Part shown: piece after piece, positions 1 through 10,607 of the stretch | Position numbering within the stretch: position 1 is the stretch's first letter | Layout of the letters: each line of letters opens with the position of its first letter | Source of the DNA: Dictyostelium discoideum | Taxonomy: Eukaryota | Length of the DNA stretch: 64,000 nucleotides | Assembly: GCA_000004695.1 (NCBI GenBank) | Contig: CM000153.2 | Coordinates: 2,272,001 to 2,336,000 of the forward strand | Direction of reading: 5' to 3' | Program-made: the position numbers and the translations under genes | The notes under the pieces: generated by a model | The model's input: the letters and a program-made list of their open reading frames with translations, nothing else | What the model was told of the DNA's origin: nothing | The model's database searches: none

Positions 1-51
1 ATTTTAAATTTTTTAGTTTTTCTTATTTTTATTTTAACAAATAAAAAAACA

Positions 52-1707
52 ATGAATGATTTAGATAATTCAATTTTATTTTTTAAAATTTATATAAATT
101 TATATTTAAAAAATGAAATTTTTAAACATGTTAAACTATACAATAAGTATTGGAAAGATACAGTTGTGTTTGAAGATGTTAATAAATATAATTCTTTCTA
201 GTTTAAAGAATATTTATTAAATTTAGAATACTCATTTTCTGAACATATAAAAATACCAAATGTTGAAATTTTAAAAATTGGAAATAGTTTTTGGGATCGT
301 AAAAAATTGATTGAATCGATACCAGAAAATTTCATACCGTCATCTGTAAAAGATTTAACAATTAAAAAACCAGGCTATTATAATAATACTGATCCAAAAG
401 AAAGATTAGGTAATATTATACCACCAACAGTTACAAAATTAGATTTAAGAGAATATATTCGTCAATTGAATCCAGGTGATATTGTTAAAACATTAAAATC
501 ATTGACTATCAGTATGTACATTTTAGATGAACTCAAAAAATCTTTATGGCCTGATGAATTGGAATTGGATGAACTTATAATTTATCAATATAGAAAACTT
601 GAAAAAGATTGTTATTTTCCAAAGAATTATAAATCACTTGAAGTTTCTGGTTATGCTCCACACATTTTAAACATCAATTTATTATCATTATCATTGGTAA
701 AACTTAAAATAAAAACTCCTATATTATCTTCAATGAATTTAAGTACTCTAAAGAATTTAAAATATTTATCAGTTCAGGATTTCAATGGAGATATTAAGAA
801 AGGTTTTCTTCCAGAAGGTTTGAAAACTTTATGTAGTATGAAAAATAATTTCAAATTTCAAGTTGGATCATTACCTAAATCATTAAAAAAATTAAATTTA
901 TGTTTATATAAAAAAAAGTTTGAATTGGGTGTATTACCTGAGGGCTTAAAAACACTGCATGTAAGTGGCGAAACTGAAGAAGCTTTTGAAGTTGGTGTTT
1001 TCCCTTCATCAATCACTTATTTAGATTTTGGTGCGTATTCTAAATCAATGAAAAAATTAAAAGTTGGTGTACTACCTTTATCCTTAAAAATATTTTCATT
1101 CCCTAATGTGTATAGTTTTGAAATTGATGAAGGTTTATTACCACATTCAATGGAAACATTAATGTTACCAAAATCTTTTAATCAAATAATTACAAAAACC
1201 TTACTTCCAAATAAATTGGTTCATCTTGATTTTGGTGAATCATTTAATTTCCCAATTCTACCAAATACTTTACCAGAAACTTTAAAATTTATAACATTTG
1301 GTTTTGTTTTTAAACAAGACATTGATCGTTTTTGTTTCCCAAACTCAATATTGTCAATAAATTTCAAAAGTGGATTTAACAAACCATTGAAAGCTGGTTG
1401 TTGGCCAACATCATTAACCCATTTATTTTTAGGTACAAGTTTTAATTCTGATATTGAGCCATATGCTTTACCTTAATCCCTTAAGTGTTTATCAATAGAA
1501 GGACCATTCAATAAATACTTTGAACCAAATACTCTACCACTTAGTTTATTATCTATAAGGTTACCAAGTCTTTACAATAAAGAAATAGATATTATTTTAC
1601 CAAATTTAACACATTTATTAATTGGTACAACTAATAATTCAGAATATTTTTTAAAAACAGGTAAAGATTATTCAGATTCAGAACCATTATTATCTCCAAT
1701 TTTTTAA
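52..1707 (+). pseudogene. FNIP-repeat family locus with in-frame stops (probable pseudogene)
   Basis: Frame 1 is continuous from ATG 52 (MNDLDNSILFFKIYINLYLKNEIFKHV, the characteristic N-terminus of Dictyostelium FNIP proteins) to TAA 1705-1707. It is interrupted only by an in-frame TAG at 199-201 and an in-frame TAA at 1474-1476 (ALP*SLKCLSIEG). The body is made of FNIP repeats (FG..FN.P.....LP..L, e.g. LDFGESFNFPILPNTLPETLKFITFGFVFKQDI). No plausible GT..AG intron removes either stop. Confidence 0.6.
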
Positions 1708-1752
1708 AGATTATCACCACATTTTTTGTTTAAAAAAAAATAAAAATAAAAG

Positions 1753-1785
<33 letters not shown>

Positions 1786-2397
1786 ATCATTTTTCTTTGA
1801 TATGTTATTTATTTGTTTTGAATTTTTTTTTTTTTTTTATTATCTTTTATATTATAAAAGGAATTAGAATTTTAGATAAATAGATACACAATTACTCTGT
1901 TTGGTAAGACTGAGTTTGGAATACACTAATGTTGGCAATTTTAATATCTTTTATTTGCTTGGCATTTTTTTTTTTTTTTTTTTTTTTTGTTTATAATCTA
2001 ATGTGGTGGTGAAACTAAATACTCTTTTATCTATTAATATCTTTTATTTGCTTGGCTTTTTTATTTTTTTTTATTTTCTATTATTTTCTTTTTTTTTTTT
2101 TAATCAGAATTATAATTAAAACAATAAAATATTAATTTTCTAATTTAATAATTCCAAAACTTAAAGATATAAATAATTGTTATTACTGATTTACCACAAT
2201 TCAAAATTTTTTAAAATAAAAAATTAGTGTAACATTCAAAAATAAACAATTAAAAATGGGAAAAAAAAAAAAAAAAAAAAAAAAAAACAAAACAAAACCC
2301 AGATTTTTTTATTTTTTTGAATTTTTTTTATTTTTTTTTTTATTTTTTTTTTTATTTTTAAATTAAAATAGATTATTATTAGACGAAAGGGAAATTA

Positions 2398-2878
2398 ATG
2401 ACTTCACAACAAGGAAAGAATAATAATGAAAGTGTTTGGGATACCCAGTCAAAATGTATTTTATTAGAAGCATTAGGAAAATATTTACCTTTAGGTGTGA
2501 ATAAACATTTTTCAATATTAAATTGTACAATTATCCTCGCAGAGAAACTGCCACAGAAAAACTTTTCCTATGATCAAGTTTATAAAGAAATAAGTGAATT
2601 CTATAATTTAGATGAGTTGGTAAGTATTTGTTTTTAATTTATTTATTAATTTTAATAATAATAATAAAAAAAAAAAAAATAAAAATTTATTTTAATCCTT
2701 TTGTTATTTTTTTTTTTTTTTTATTATTTTATTATTTTTTTATTTATTTATTTATTTTTTTTTTTTTTATTTATAATATTTAAAGGATGATGATGTAATT
2801 GATGAAGATGAAAAAGAAGTTTTTATTTTACCAGATTCATATAAAACTTTAATGGATGAAAAAATTAAAAAAAAATAA
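2398..2878 (+). CDS. MRG-binding protein (MRGBP/Eaf7-like, NuA4 component); join(2398..2619,2786..2878)
   Basis: Exon 1 ends at a GTAAGT donor (2620-2625). An AT-rich 166-nt intron ends in AG at 2784-2785. Exon 2 is in phase and encodes DDDVIDEDEKEVFILPDSYKTLMDEKIKKK*. The core LEALGKYLPLGVNKHFSILNCTII...YDQVYKEISEFYNLDEL matches the MRGBP/Eaf7 signature (hGVNRHFHMICIRDKF...WDHLSTMYDMQAL, ILPFP), as recalled from memory. Confidence 0.6.
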
Positions 2879-3201
2879 TTAAGAAAAAAAAAAAAAAAAA
2901 ACAAAAAAATATGTATATATCAGGATCTTTAGAATACAGTTTTTATAAAATATTTTTATTACTTTCTTTAAAATAATATTTAAAAGAAAAAGATATAAAA
3001 ATATACTGTAGGTAAAAATAAAAAAAAATAGGAAAATAAGAAATAAATATCTTTTAGTGTAAATATATAATCCAAATTTTTTTATTTTTATTTTTTAAAA
3101 AACTAATAACTTTATTTTTGTTTCATTTTTTTTTTATTTGTTTTTTTTTTACTTTTTTTTTTACTTTTTTTTTTTTATATTTTTTTTTTTTTATATATCT
3201 T

Positions 3202-3244
<43 letters not shown>

Positions 3245-3276
3245 GATTAGTTTTTTAAAAAGAAAGAATGATTAAA

Positions 3277-6014
3277 TTATTTTTGATTTTGTTCTTGTTC
3301 TAATAATTGTTGATTTTTTTCTTGATTTAATTTATCTTGTTGTTCTTGGATTTGTTGTTCATGTTGAATATTTTTTAATTGATTTTTAATTTGGTCAGGA
3401 GATTGTTGTTTCTCTTGAACTAAATTCTCATCTTGATTCTCTTGTTTATTATTTTTAGCCAATTCAGCATCCAATTCAAGTTGAGCTTTTTCAACATCAC
3501 TCAAGTAGACAGCATCGTTCTCTTGTTGAATTTTTTGTTTCTTTTGTTGATCTTGTCTTTGAAATTCTTTGATAACTTTAAGTTGTTCAACGATTTGTTG
3601 TTCAACATTTGTTGCTTGAACTTGTTGTTGTCCTTGTTGTTGTTGTTGATTTTCATTCTCATTAAGTTGTTGTAAATTTTTATTTGAAAATTGTTCTTCT
3701 TCATTCTCTTCAAGTAAGAGTTCTAATTGGTCCATTTCATTTTGTAATTTAGCAGCATCTTGTTCATTTTCATCTAAAAAGGCAACTTCATGTTGGGCAG
3801 CTTCATACTCATCGATATCTTCACCATTTTCAATACGTTGTAAATGTTGAGCTTGTTCAATGGCATCTTGTTCATTGGTAATTTCATTATTTTCAACATT
3901 TCCCATTTGAGTTACAATCTTATGAGAGTTTACAGCAGGTGAACCATTACCATTTTGTTGTCTTTCAATTTCTTCAGCCTCTTGAACTGCTTTATTCAAA
4001 TTGGAATTATGAATTTCTTCATATAGTCTCTCTGGAGCATCTTCAACTTCTTGAAGATAAAGTCTTTCATTCTCTAAAGCAATTTCAACTTGTTGAGCAC
4101 TTTTCTTTGATTTATCAACTTTAAAGTTGTTATTGTTATTATTATTGATGTTGTTGTTGTTGTTGTTAACTTGTTCAAAATTATCATTAGCATCATTTAA
4201 ATCAGGAAATTCTTCAACATTATTTTCAAATTGACCATTGTTAATTTGTTGATCATTAAAATTATAATCATCATCTTTTAATTCTTCAGTTTGATCATTA
4301 TGATAGTCATCTTGGAATGGTTGATTTAAATGATTTAATTGATATTGAATATCCTCGGGTGAATTAATTTGTTGTTCTTGAAGTTGTTGTTTATTTGAAA
4401 CTTTTTGTGGTTGTTGTTGTTGTTCATCATAGAGTTGATCTAATAAAAGTTCATATTGTTCTTGATCTTCTTGTAAATTCAATTCATAATTGATTAATTC
4501 TTGTTGATTGGCTCTTTTCTCTTGTTTAAGATCTTGTTGATTTTTGTATAAACCAGGTTCTCTATTTTGTAAATCAATTAATTGTTCTTTATCTTCTTGA
4601 TTTTGTTGACCAATATCTTGATTTTCACGTTGAATTTGCATTTCCTTAAGAGTATTACGAATTACTTCATCATCTAAATTTTTTAGATCTTCAGATTTCA
4701 TTGATTGATAGATTGCAGGTGATTGTTCTTGTAATTGTTGATGAGCACTTTGTAATCTCTTTTTAATTTCTTCATTATCTTGTGATGGAATTGAACCGTA
4801 GGATTTATCAATGTATTGTTGATCAGAGTTAAATTTACCACCAGCAATCAAATTAAAAGTCTTTGTAATTATATGGAAACCAGTTACACCGACTGAATCT
4901 GTACCAGCGAATGTATGAGCCAATGTATCACCAGTGGTACCAATGGTCTCACTAAGGGAATTACCATTACCAGATGCAATTTTACCAATTGATGTATAAG
5001 AATCAGAGATTACGTTACCGACTGTACCAGCAGATGAGGAACCACCAGTTCTAGATCCACCAAGGAATTCACCAACTGTATTAGCTACAGAAGATGCGGT
5101 TGTAACTGCACCTCTTCCAACTGTACCAGTATTATCACCACCAGTGATAACTTGACCTTGAGCTCTACCATTTGTAATTTGGCCACCAACTTTTGCAGTT
5201 GAACTTACTCCACCCAATCCGGTAATAGTTGCACCCAAAGAATCTTTAGCAGTTATAGCAACTTGACCAATGATACTTTCTTGACGGTCAGTAGTTGATA
5301 CCTTTGATGAAAAGATAATTGCCTCATTGGTGGTCTTTGAATCACTATCACCAGTACCACCAGTTGAACTACCACTAGATTGTGAAGCTCCGGATAAACC
5401 ATTTATACTTTGGAATTGTGGGGAAGTACTAGCACCAGTTGAATCACCAATACTGCTACCGATATTATTATTTTGGCCACTTGAAAATGCTTCTTCAACT
5501 TTTGAAACTTTATTGTTGTCTTTTGGTAAATAACTTTGAATTTTATCAAGTAATCCCCAAATGTAATTTGTTGCAGAGTCTCTTAATGAATCATGTTTTA
5601 CTTCACCTAATAATTCTTGTCTTTGATGTTCAACTTTTAATTCTTCAATAACTTGATTTGCAACATTCTCAAATTGTACAACTACATCTTCAACTTTTTC
5701 AATATTTTCATTTAATTTTTGATTAATTGCTTTACCCACATCTTCAGAAATTTGATTAGATGTCTTTTTTTTTTAAAAAAAAATTTTTTAAAACACAAAA
5801 ATTAATTAAATATAAATAATAAATAAATAATACAAAATTTTAAAAAAATAAAAATTAATAATTAAATAATTTGTATTTGTATTTTTTATTTTTTATAAAA
5901 AAATATTATTATATAAGTAATTCTTAATATTTAAAAAAAAAAACTTACACATGTTGAAATGATACATGATAAAATCAATACTATTACAAAGGATGTATAT
6001 TTTTTACTATACAT
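3277..6014 (-). CDS. Secreted acidic Gln/Glu-rich coiled-coil protein with a central Gly/Thr/Ser-rich region; join(complement(5949..6014),complement(3277..5763))
   Basis: The large ORF (3277..5739) has no ATG and stays open only 8 codons upstream. A 66-nt upstream exon encodes MYSKKYTSFVIVLILSCIISTC (signal peptide) and is followed by GTAAGT (complement 5943-5948). A 185-nt AT-rich intron ends in AG, and exon 2 enters frame at 5763 (TSNQISEDVGKAINQ...). No homology recognised. Confidence 0.6.
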
Positions 6015-6382
6015 TTTTAATTATACCAATTTCAAAAAAAGAAAAAGAAATCTTTTTTTTTTTTAACGTTCCTTTTTTTTAATATTAATTTTTATTATTT
6101 CTATTATTTAAACTTTAAAAAGAAAGAAAAGAAAAAATAGTTATTTGATAGTAAATTTATTATTTAATTTTTTTTTTTTTTTTCTTTTTTTTTAAATAAT
6201 AAAAAAAAAAAAATTAAATTAAAAAAAAAAAAAAAAGAAAAATTAAATAAATAAAATATGAATGATACAATAACAATTATAGAGCAAAAAAATGGAGTGG
6301 CATATGTAATTTGAAACACCCAAAATACCCCCTTAAAATATTATTATTACTGCAACACACTATAGAATTCTCCCATTAATTG

Positions 6383-6415
<33 letters not shown>

Positions 6416-7200
6416 TATGATCATAGTGTTTCCAATGAATAATAATTGAATGTGTGTGTGAATGTTTTTTTTTTTTTTTTTGTTAGTGGTAAATTGTAGT
6501 GTGTGAATTGTAAAATAAGTTGTAACAAAATATAAAAAAAAAAAAAAAAATTAATTATCATATGAATGCACTCAAAAATATTTTTTTTAAATACACTCCC
6601 ATACTATTACAATACATTCTACAAAAATTAAAAAAAGAAATTTTGATTTTAATAACAATAATAATTGGTGATTTATTTTATTTTATTTTTTTTTAATTAA
6701 TATGTTTTTTTTTTTTTTTTTGTTTTTTTTTGTTTTTTTGAACACTAACTTCCAATACAACACAGATCCACTCTGCAACTGTAACAGATATTACAAAATA
6801 ATAAAAAAAAAAAAAAATTATATTAAATTAAAAAGTGAATTATAATTATATCACACATTTATAGCTATTCATATAAATTTTTTATCTTACAAATTTTTAT
6901 TTTTATTATTATTATAAAAAAAAAATAAAAAAAATAAAAAAAAAATGATGACGATGGCGAGAATGTAACATAATAAAAAGTTTTTATATATTAGTATTAT
7001 ATAATACAAATGATATAATAATATTTAAAGTACTTTAACTACTTAACTAGAAAATTTATTTGAATAATATGAATTATTGTTTTATTATTTTGAAGTCTGT
7101 TTGGAAATTTTTTTTACTTAAAAATTGGAAAAAAAAAAAAAAATAAAATAAAAAATAATATACAAAATGATGGAGTGATTTTAATTATGTATAAGTAATT

Positions 7201-7210
7201 ATTAATTATT

Positions 7211-7272
<62 letters not shown>

Positions 7273-7290
7273 TAATAATATTTAAAGGCC
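7201..7290 (+). repeat. (TAA)n microsatellite, about 28 units, in the divergent intergenic region
   Basis: Perfect aat/ata trinucleotide run. Confidence 0.9.
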
Positions 7291-7719
7291 AAACTATTAA
7301 ATATAAAAGGATTTGTTTCAAAATTTATATGAAAATATGAAATATCTTTTTATTGTGTTTGAAATCTGTGTGAAAACCACAAACTTTTTTGTTTTATTTT
7401 TTTTTGTTTTTCAATTAATTTTTATAAAAAAAAAAAAAATAAAAAAAAAAACGAACACTGAAAAAAATTTATTTAATTTCTATTGTAAAAATTTCATTTT
7501 CCTAACTTCATCCTAAGATTGAATGCATATTTTTTTTTTTTTTTTTTTATGAAAATATAAATAGATTTTGAAAAAAAAAAACAAAACAAAATAAAATAAA
7601 ACTTTAATAATAATAAATAATTAATAAAGATTTTAAAAAAAATAAATAAATAAAAATAAATAAATATAAACAAAAATAAACATATATAAAAATAAATAAA
7701 TAAAAAAAAAAAAAAAAAA

Positions 7720-8877
7720 ATGTATTTAGGAGCACCAATTAAAGCAAAAACCAATTCAACAAATGAAAATGGAGAAGAAATTAAACCAAAGAAAATTAAT
7801 GAATATAAATTACCAAAAGATATTGGACCAGGGTTATTAAAATTTTGTTTAACTCATTCAGATTCACCCAATTTAAAAGAGACAGTTTTACCAGAAGATC
7901 GTGATCCAAAGGATTACGATTGGTTAAGACAAGCATTCGATAATTTAGAAGATGATGCAAAAAAGATGAAAAAACTATTAGAGATATTCGATGAAACTAA
8001 ACCAGAGAATCAATCATTGTCAGTAGAAGAAAGAGAAAACAAATATATAACATCATTAGAGACCTTACAATTTTACATTGAAGATATTGATAATGCAGGT
8101 GATTTCATAAAGATTGGTGGCATACCAGTATTAATTAAACTATTAACTCCTCTCAGCGGCAGTGGTAGTGGTGGTGATAAAGTACGTGCAGATGCAGCAA
8201 CATGTTTATCAACAATCACACAAAGTGAAGAAACCATTCAAGCATATCTTCATTCATTGGGTGTATTAGATTTGGCAGTTAAACAATTACAAAAGGAAAT
8301 TAATCCATTGGTTAGAGAGAAATTCCTTTCGTTGATTAGTAGTTTACTCTCTTATGAAATTAGGAAGTGTACCTTTGATAAATCAATTCTAAATACAATC
8401 GTTGAATTATCTACAACTTTTCTTTCACCAACTGTTGAATTAACCGTACAACTCAATAATGATGATTCTTCAACTCATACCATTTCAATCGATAATGGTG
8501 TAAGTGGTATTTCAAAAGCATGTTTCCTTTTAAATAAAATTTTCATAGCTTCTCCCGACACTAAAGAATTTGCAATTAAATGTGGTACTTTGGATGGTTT
8601 AATTGGTTTAATTAAAGCTTTTAATAAAATTCAACAACAATCAACAACAACAACAACAACAGCCTTATTGGATACTCAAATTGTAATGGTAGAAAAAGCT
8701 GAAATCACTTTATTACAATTAATTGATAAAAATAATTCAGCAATAGAACAATGTAAACAACAACAACTCTCTTTAGAGATTGAAAAAAGATTAACTTTTA
8801 CCACTAAAAATTTAAATCCAAAAGATTATGAAGATGAAATTCAAACCTTAAATAATATTAAATCACTTTTAAAATAA
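7720..8877 (+). CDS. Hsp70 nucleotide exchange factor Fes1/HspBP1 homologue (armadillo-type repeats)
   Basis: A single ORF of 385 aa. The N-terminal Fes1-like region (LLKFCLTHSD...DYDWLRQAFDNLEDDAKKMKKLL) and ARM repeats (GGIPVLIKLL, KVRADAATCLSTITQSEETIQAYLHSLGVLDLAVKQLQ) parallel HspBP1 (RAGAAQLIGTCSQNVAAIQEQVLGLGAL). Confidence 0.7.
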   Translation: MYLGAPIKAKTNSTNENGEEIKPKKINEYKLPKDIGPGLLKFCLTHSDSPNLKETVLPEDRDPKDYDWLRQAFDNLEDDAKKMKKLLEIFDETKPENQSLSVEERENKYITSLETLQFYIEDIDNAGDFIKIGGIPVLIKLLTPLSGSGSGGDKVRADAATCLSTITQSEETIQAYLHSLGVLDLAVKQLQKEINPLVREKFLSLISSLLSYEIRKCTFDKSILNTIVELSTTFLSPTVELTVQLNNDDSSTHTISIDNGVSGISKACFLLNKIFIASPDTKEFAIKCGTLDGLIGLIKAFNKIQQQSTTTTTTALLDTQIVMVEKAEITLLQLIDKNNSAIEQCKQQQLSLEIEKRLTFTTKNLNPKDYEDEIQTLNNIKSLLK

Positions 8878-9007
8878 AATTTTTTTTTTAAACAATTTTC
8901 TTTTTATAATTTATTTATTAGTTTTTATTTTTTACTTTTTATTTTATTTTTTTTTTAATTAAAATAAAAATAAAAATCTAATAGTCCAAAATACCGACGA
9001 ACATTCA

Positions 9008-9050
<43 letters not shown>

Positions 9051-9331
9051 AAAATATCTATGAAAATAAGTTTCTTAAAAAAAAAAAAAAAAAAAAACTT
9101 ATTTCCACAGATATTTTAATTGTTTTTTTAAACACCCAAAACTATAAGTCCAGAAAAAAAAAAAAAACTTAATTTGTATATCATTTATTCATTTTTTTAA
9201 GTTTTTTTTTTTTAACAAACTAAATAAAAAAAAAAAAATTTTTATATATAAATTTATTATATATGATTTTGTTTATTAATTTATTTTTTTATTTTATTTT
9301 AAAAATATTTTTTTATTTTATTTTATTTTTT

Positions 9332-9519
9332 CTAATAGCAAGATCCATAATAACTATAACAATCATCATTAACCTTTTTAGCAGTTGCCACCACAGAAGC
9401 AACTATAATAATAATAATAATAACTACTACAAAGAAAAATACTACTGATAAGATACCATAAATTCTTGCAGTTTTTGATTTACTACGAATATATGCAAAA
9501 CCAGCCAACCATACAATTC

Positions 9520-9552
<33 letters not shown>

Positions 9553-10094
9553 CCCAAGATTTAAAAATTAATTTCTATTTTTTTTTTTTTTTTTTTTTTT
9601 TATGTTTCAATATAAATAAAAATTACATACGTGCAAAAGAAGCCAATAATAAAAATTAACATTGAAGATGTGTCTTCACTTTGAGTGGTTTGCTTTGGTG
9701 CAACGACTACTGGGGCTGGTGCCATTACAACTGTATATGGTTGTTGTTGGCCATATGGAGTTTGTGGTGGATATTGTTGGGGTGGGTAACCTTGTTGAGG
9801 TGGATAACCTTGTTGAGGTGGATAACCTTGTTGAGGTGGATAACCTTGTTGTGGTGGATATTGTTGTGGTGGGTAACCTTGTGGTGGTGGTTGTTGTGGT
9901 GGATATTGTTGAGGATATCCTTGTTGTGGTGGTTGTTGTTGTTGTGGTGGTTGAGTTTCTTGTGGAGTATAACCTGGTGGGTATTGTGGTGGTTGGGTTG
10001 CTTGTGGAGAATAACCTGGTGGATATTGTGGTGGTTGAGTTGGTTGTTCAACATTTGGTTGTGGTGAAACTGATGATGGTTCCTCTGTTCCCAT
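9332..10094 (-). CDS. Pro/Gln/Tyr-rich (GYPPQQ repeats) protein with C-terminal two-helix membrane anchor; join(complement(9631..10094),complement(9332..9518))
   Basis: Exon 1 encodes MGTEEPSS...(GYPPQQ)n...[10 protein letters not shown]. The donor is GTATGT (complement 9625-9630), phase 2, and a 112-nt intron ends in AG at 9519-9520. Exon 2 continues [62 protein letters not shown]. The overlapping + strand ORFs 9662.. and 9681.. are antisense repeat artefacts. Confidence 0.55.
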
Positions 10095-10276
10095 TGCGTA
10101 ATATAAGTTTTCAATTTAAAAAAAAAAAAAAAAAAAATAATTAAAAAATTAAAAAAAAAAAATTTATATATATTTATTTATTTGTGCAGTTTTCAATTGA
10201 AAAAAAAAAAAAAATAGAAAAATAAAAATAGAATTCTATTTATATTTTGGAATAAAAACAAAAATCAAAATAAAAT

Positions 10277-10322
<46 letters not shown>

Positions 10323-10607
10323 AAAATAGTTGGTTTTTTGTAAAAAAAAAAAGACCGTTGTTGTGTTTAAAACATCAAAAATCAAAAATAATAAAAAAAA
10401 AAAAATTAAAAAAAATTAAAAAAAAAAAATATCTTGTCAAAAAGATTAATAAGTTCTTTGAAACTTAAAAATTTAAAAAAAAAAAAACACCAAAAACCCA
10501 AACACCACCAAAAGATTTTTTTTTTTTTTTTTCAGAAAGTTAAGAATTCTTGCCAAAAGGATACTTTTCCATTTTTTTTTTATTTTTTTTTTAATTTTTT
10601 TTTAATT

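Noticed and set aside
3433-5651. Small ORFs on both strands inside the 3277-5739 gene (3433.., 3501.., 3939.., 5327.., 5439..)
   Set aside because: Alternative-frame or antisense ORFs from the low-complexity Gln/Glu coding sequence.
7313-7754. Short F/K/I-rich ORFs in intergenic regions (e.g. 7313.., 7494.., 9263.., 18531.., 18835.., 19712.., 20087.., 24025.., 39035.., 39712.., 40694.., 40773.., 41299.., 48750.., 49236.., 51292.., 55369.., 56169..)
   Set aside because: Translations of A/T homopolymers and AT-rich spacer. The composition is poly-Phe/Lys/Ile, there are no splice or start signals, and they overlap promoter or UTR DNA.
9662-10144. + strand ORFs 9662..10144 and 9681..10067 and - strand ORF 9725..10114 (poly-V/L/W/H proteins)
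   Set aside because: These are alternative-frame or antisense readings of the GYPPQQ-encoding repeat of the real - strand gene. They have low-complexity composition and no start context.
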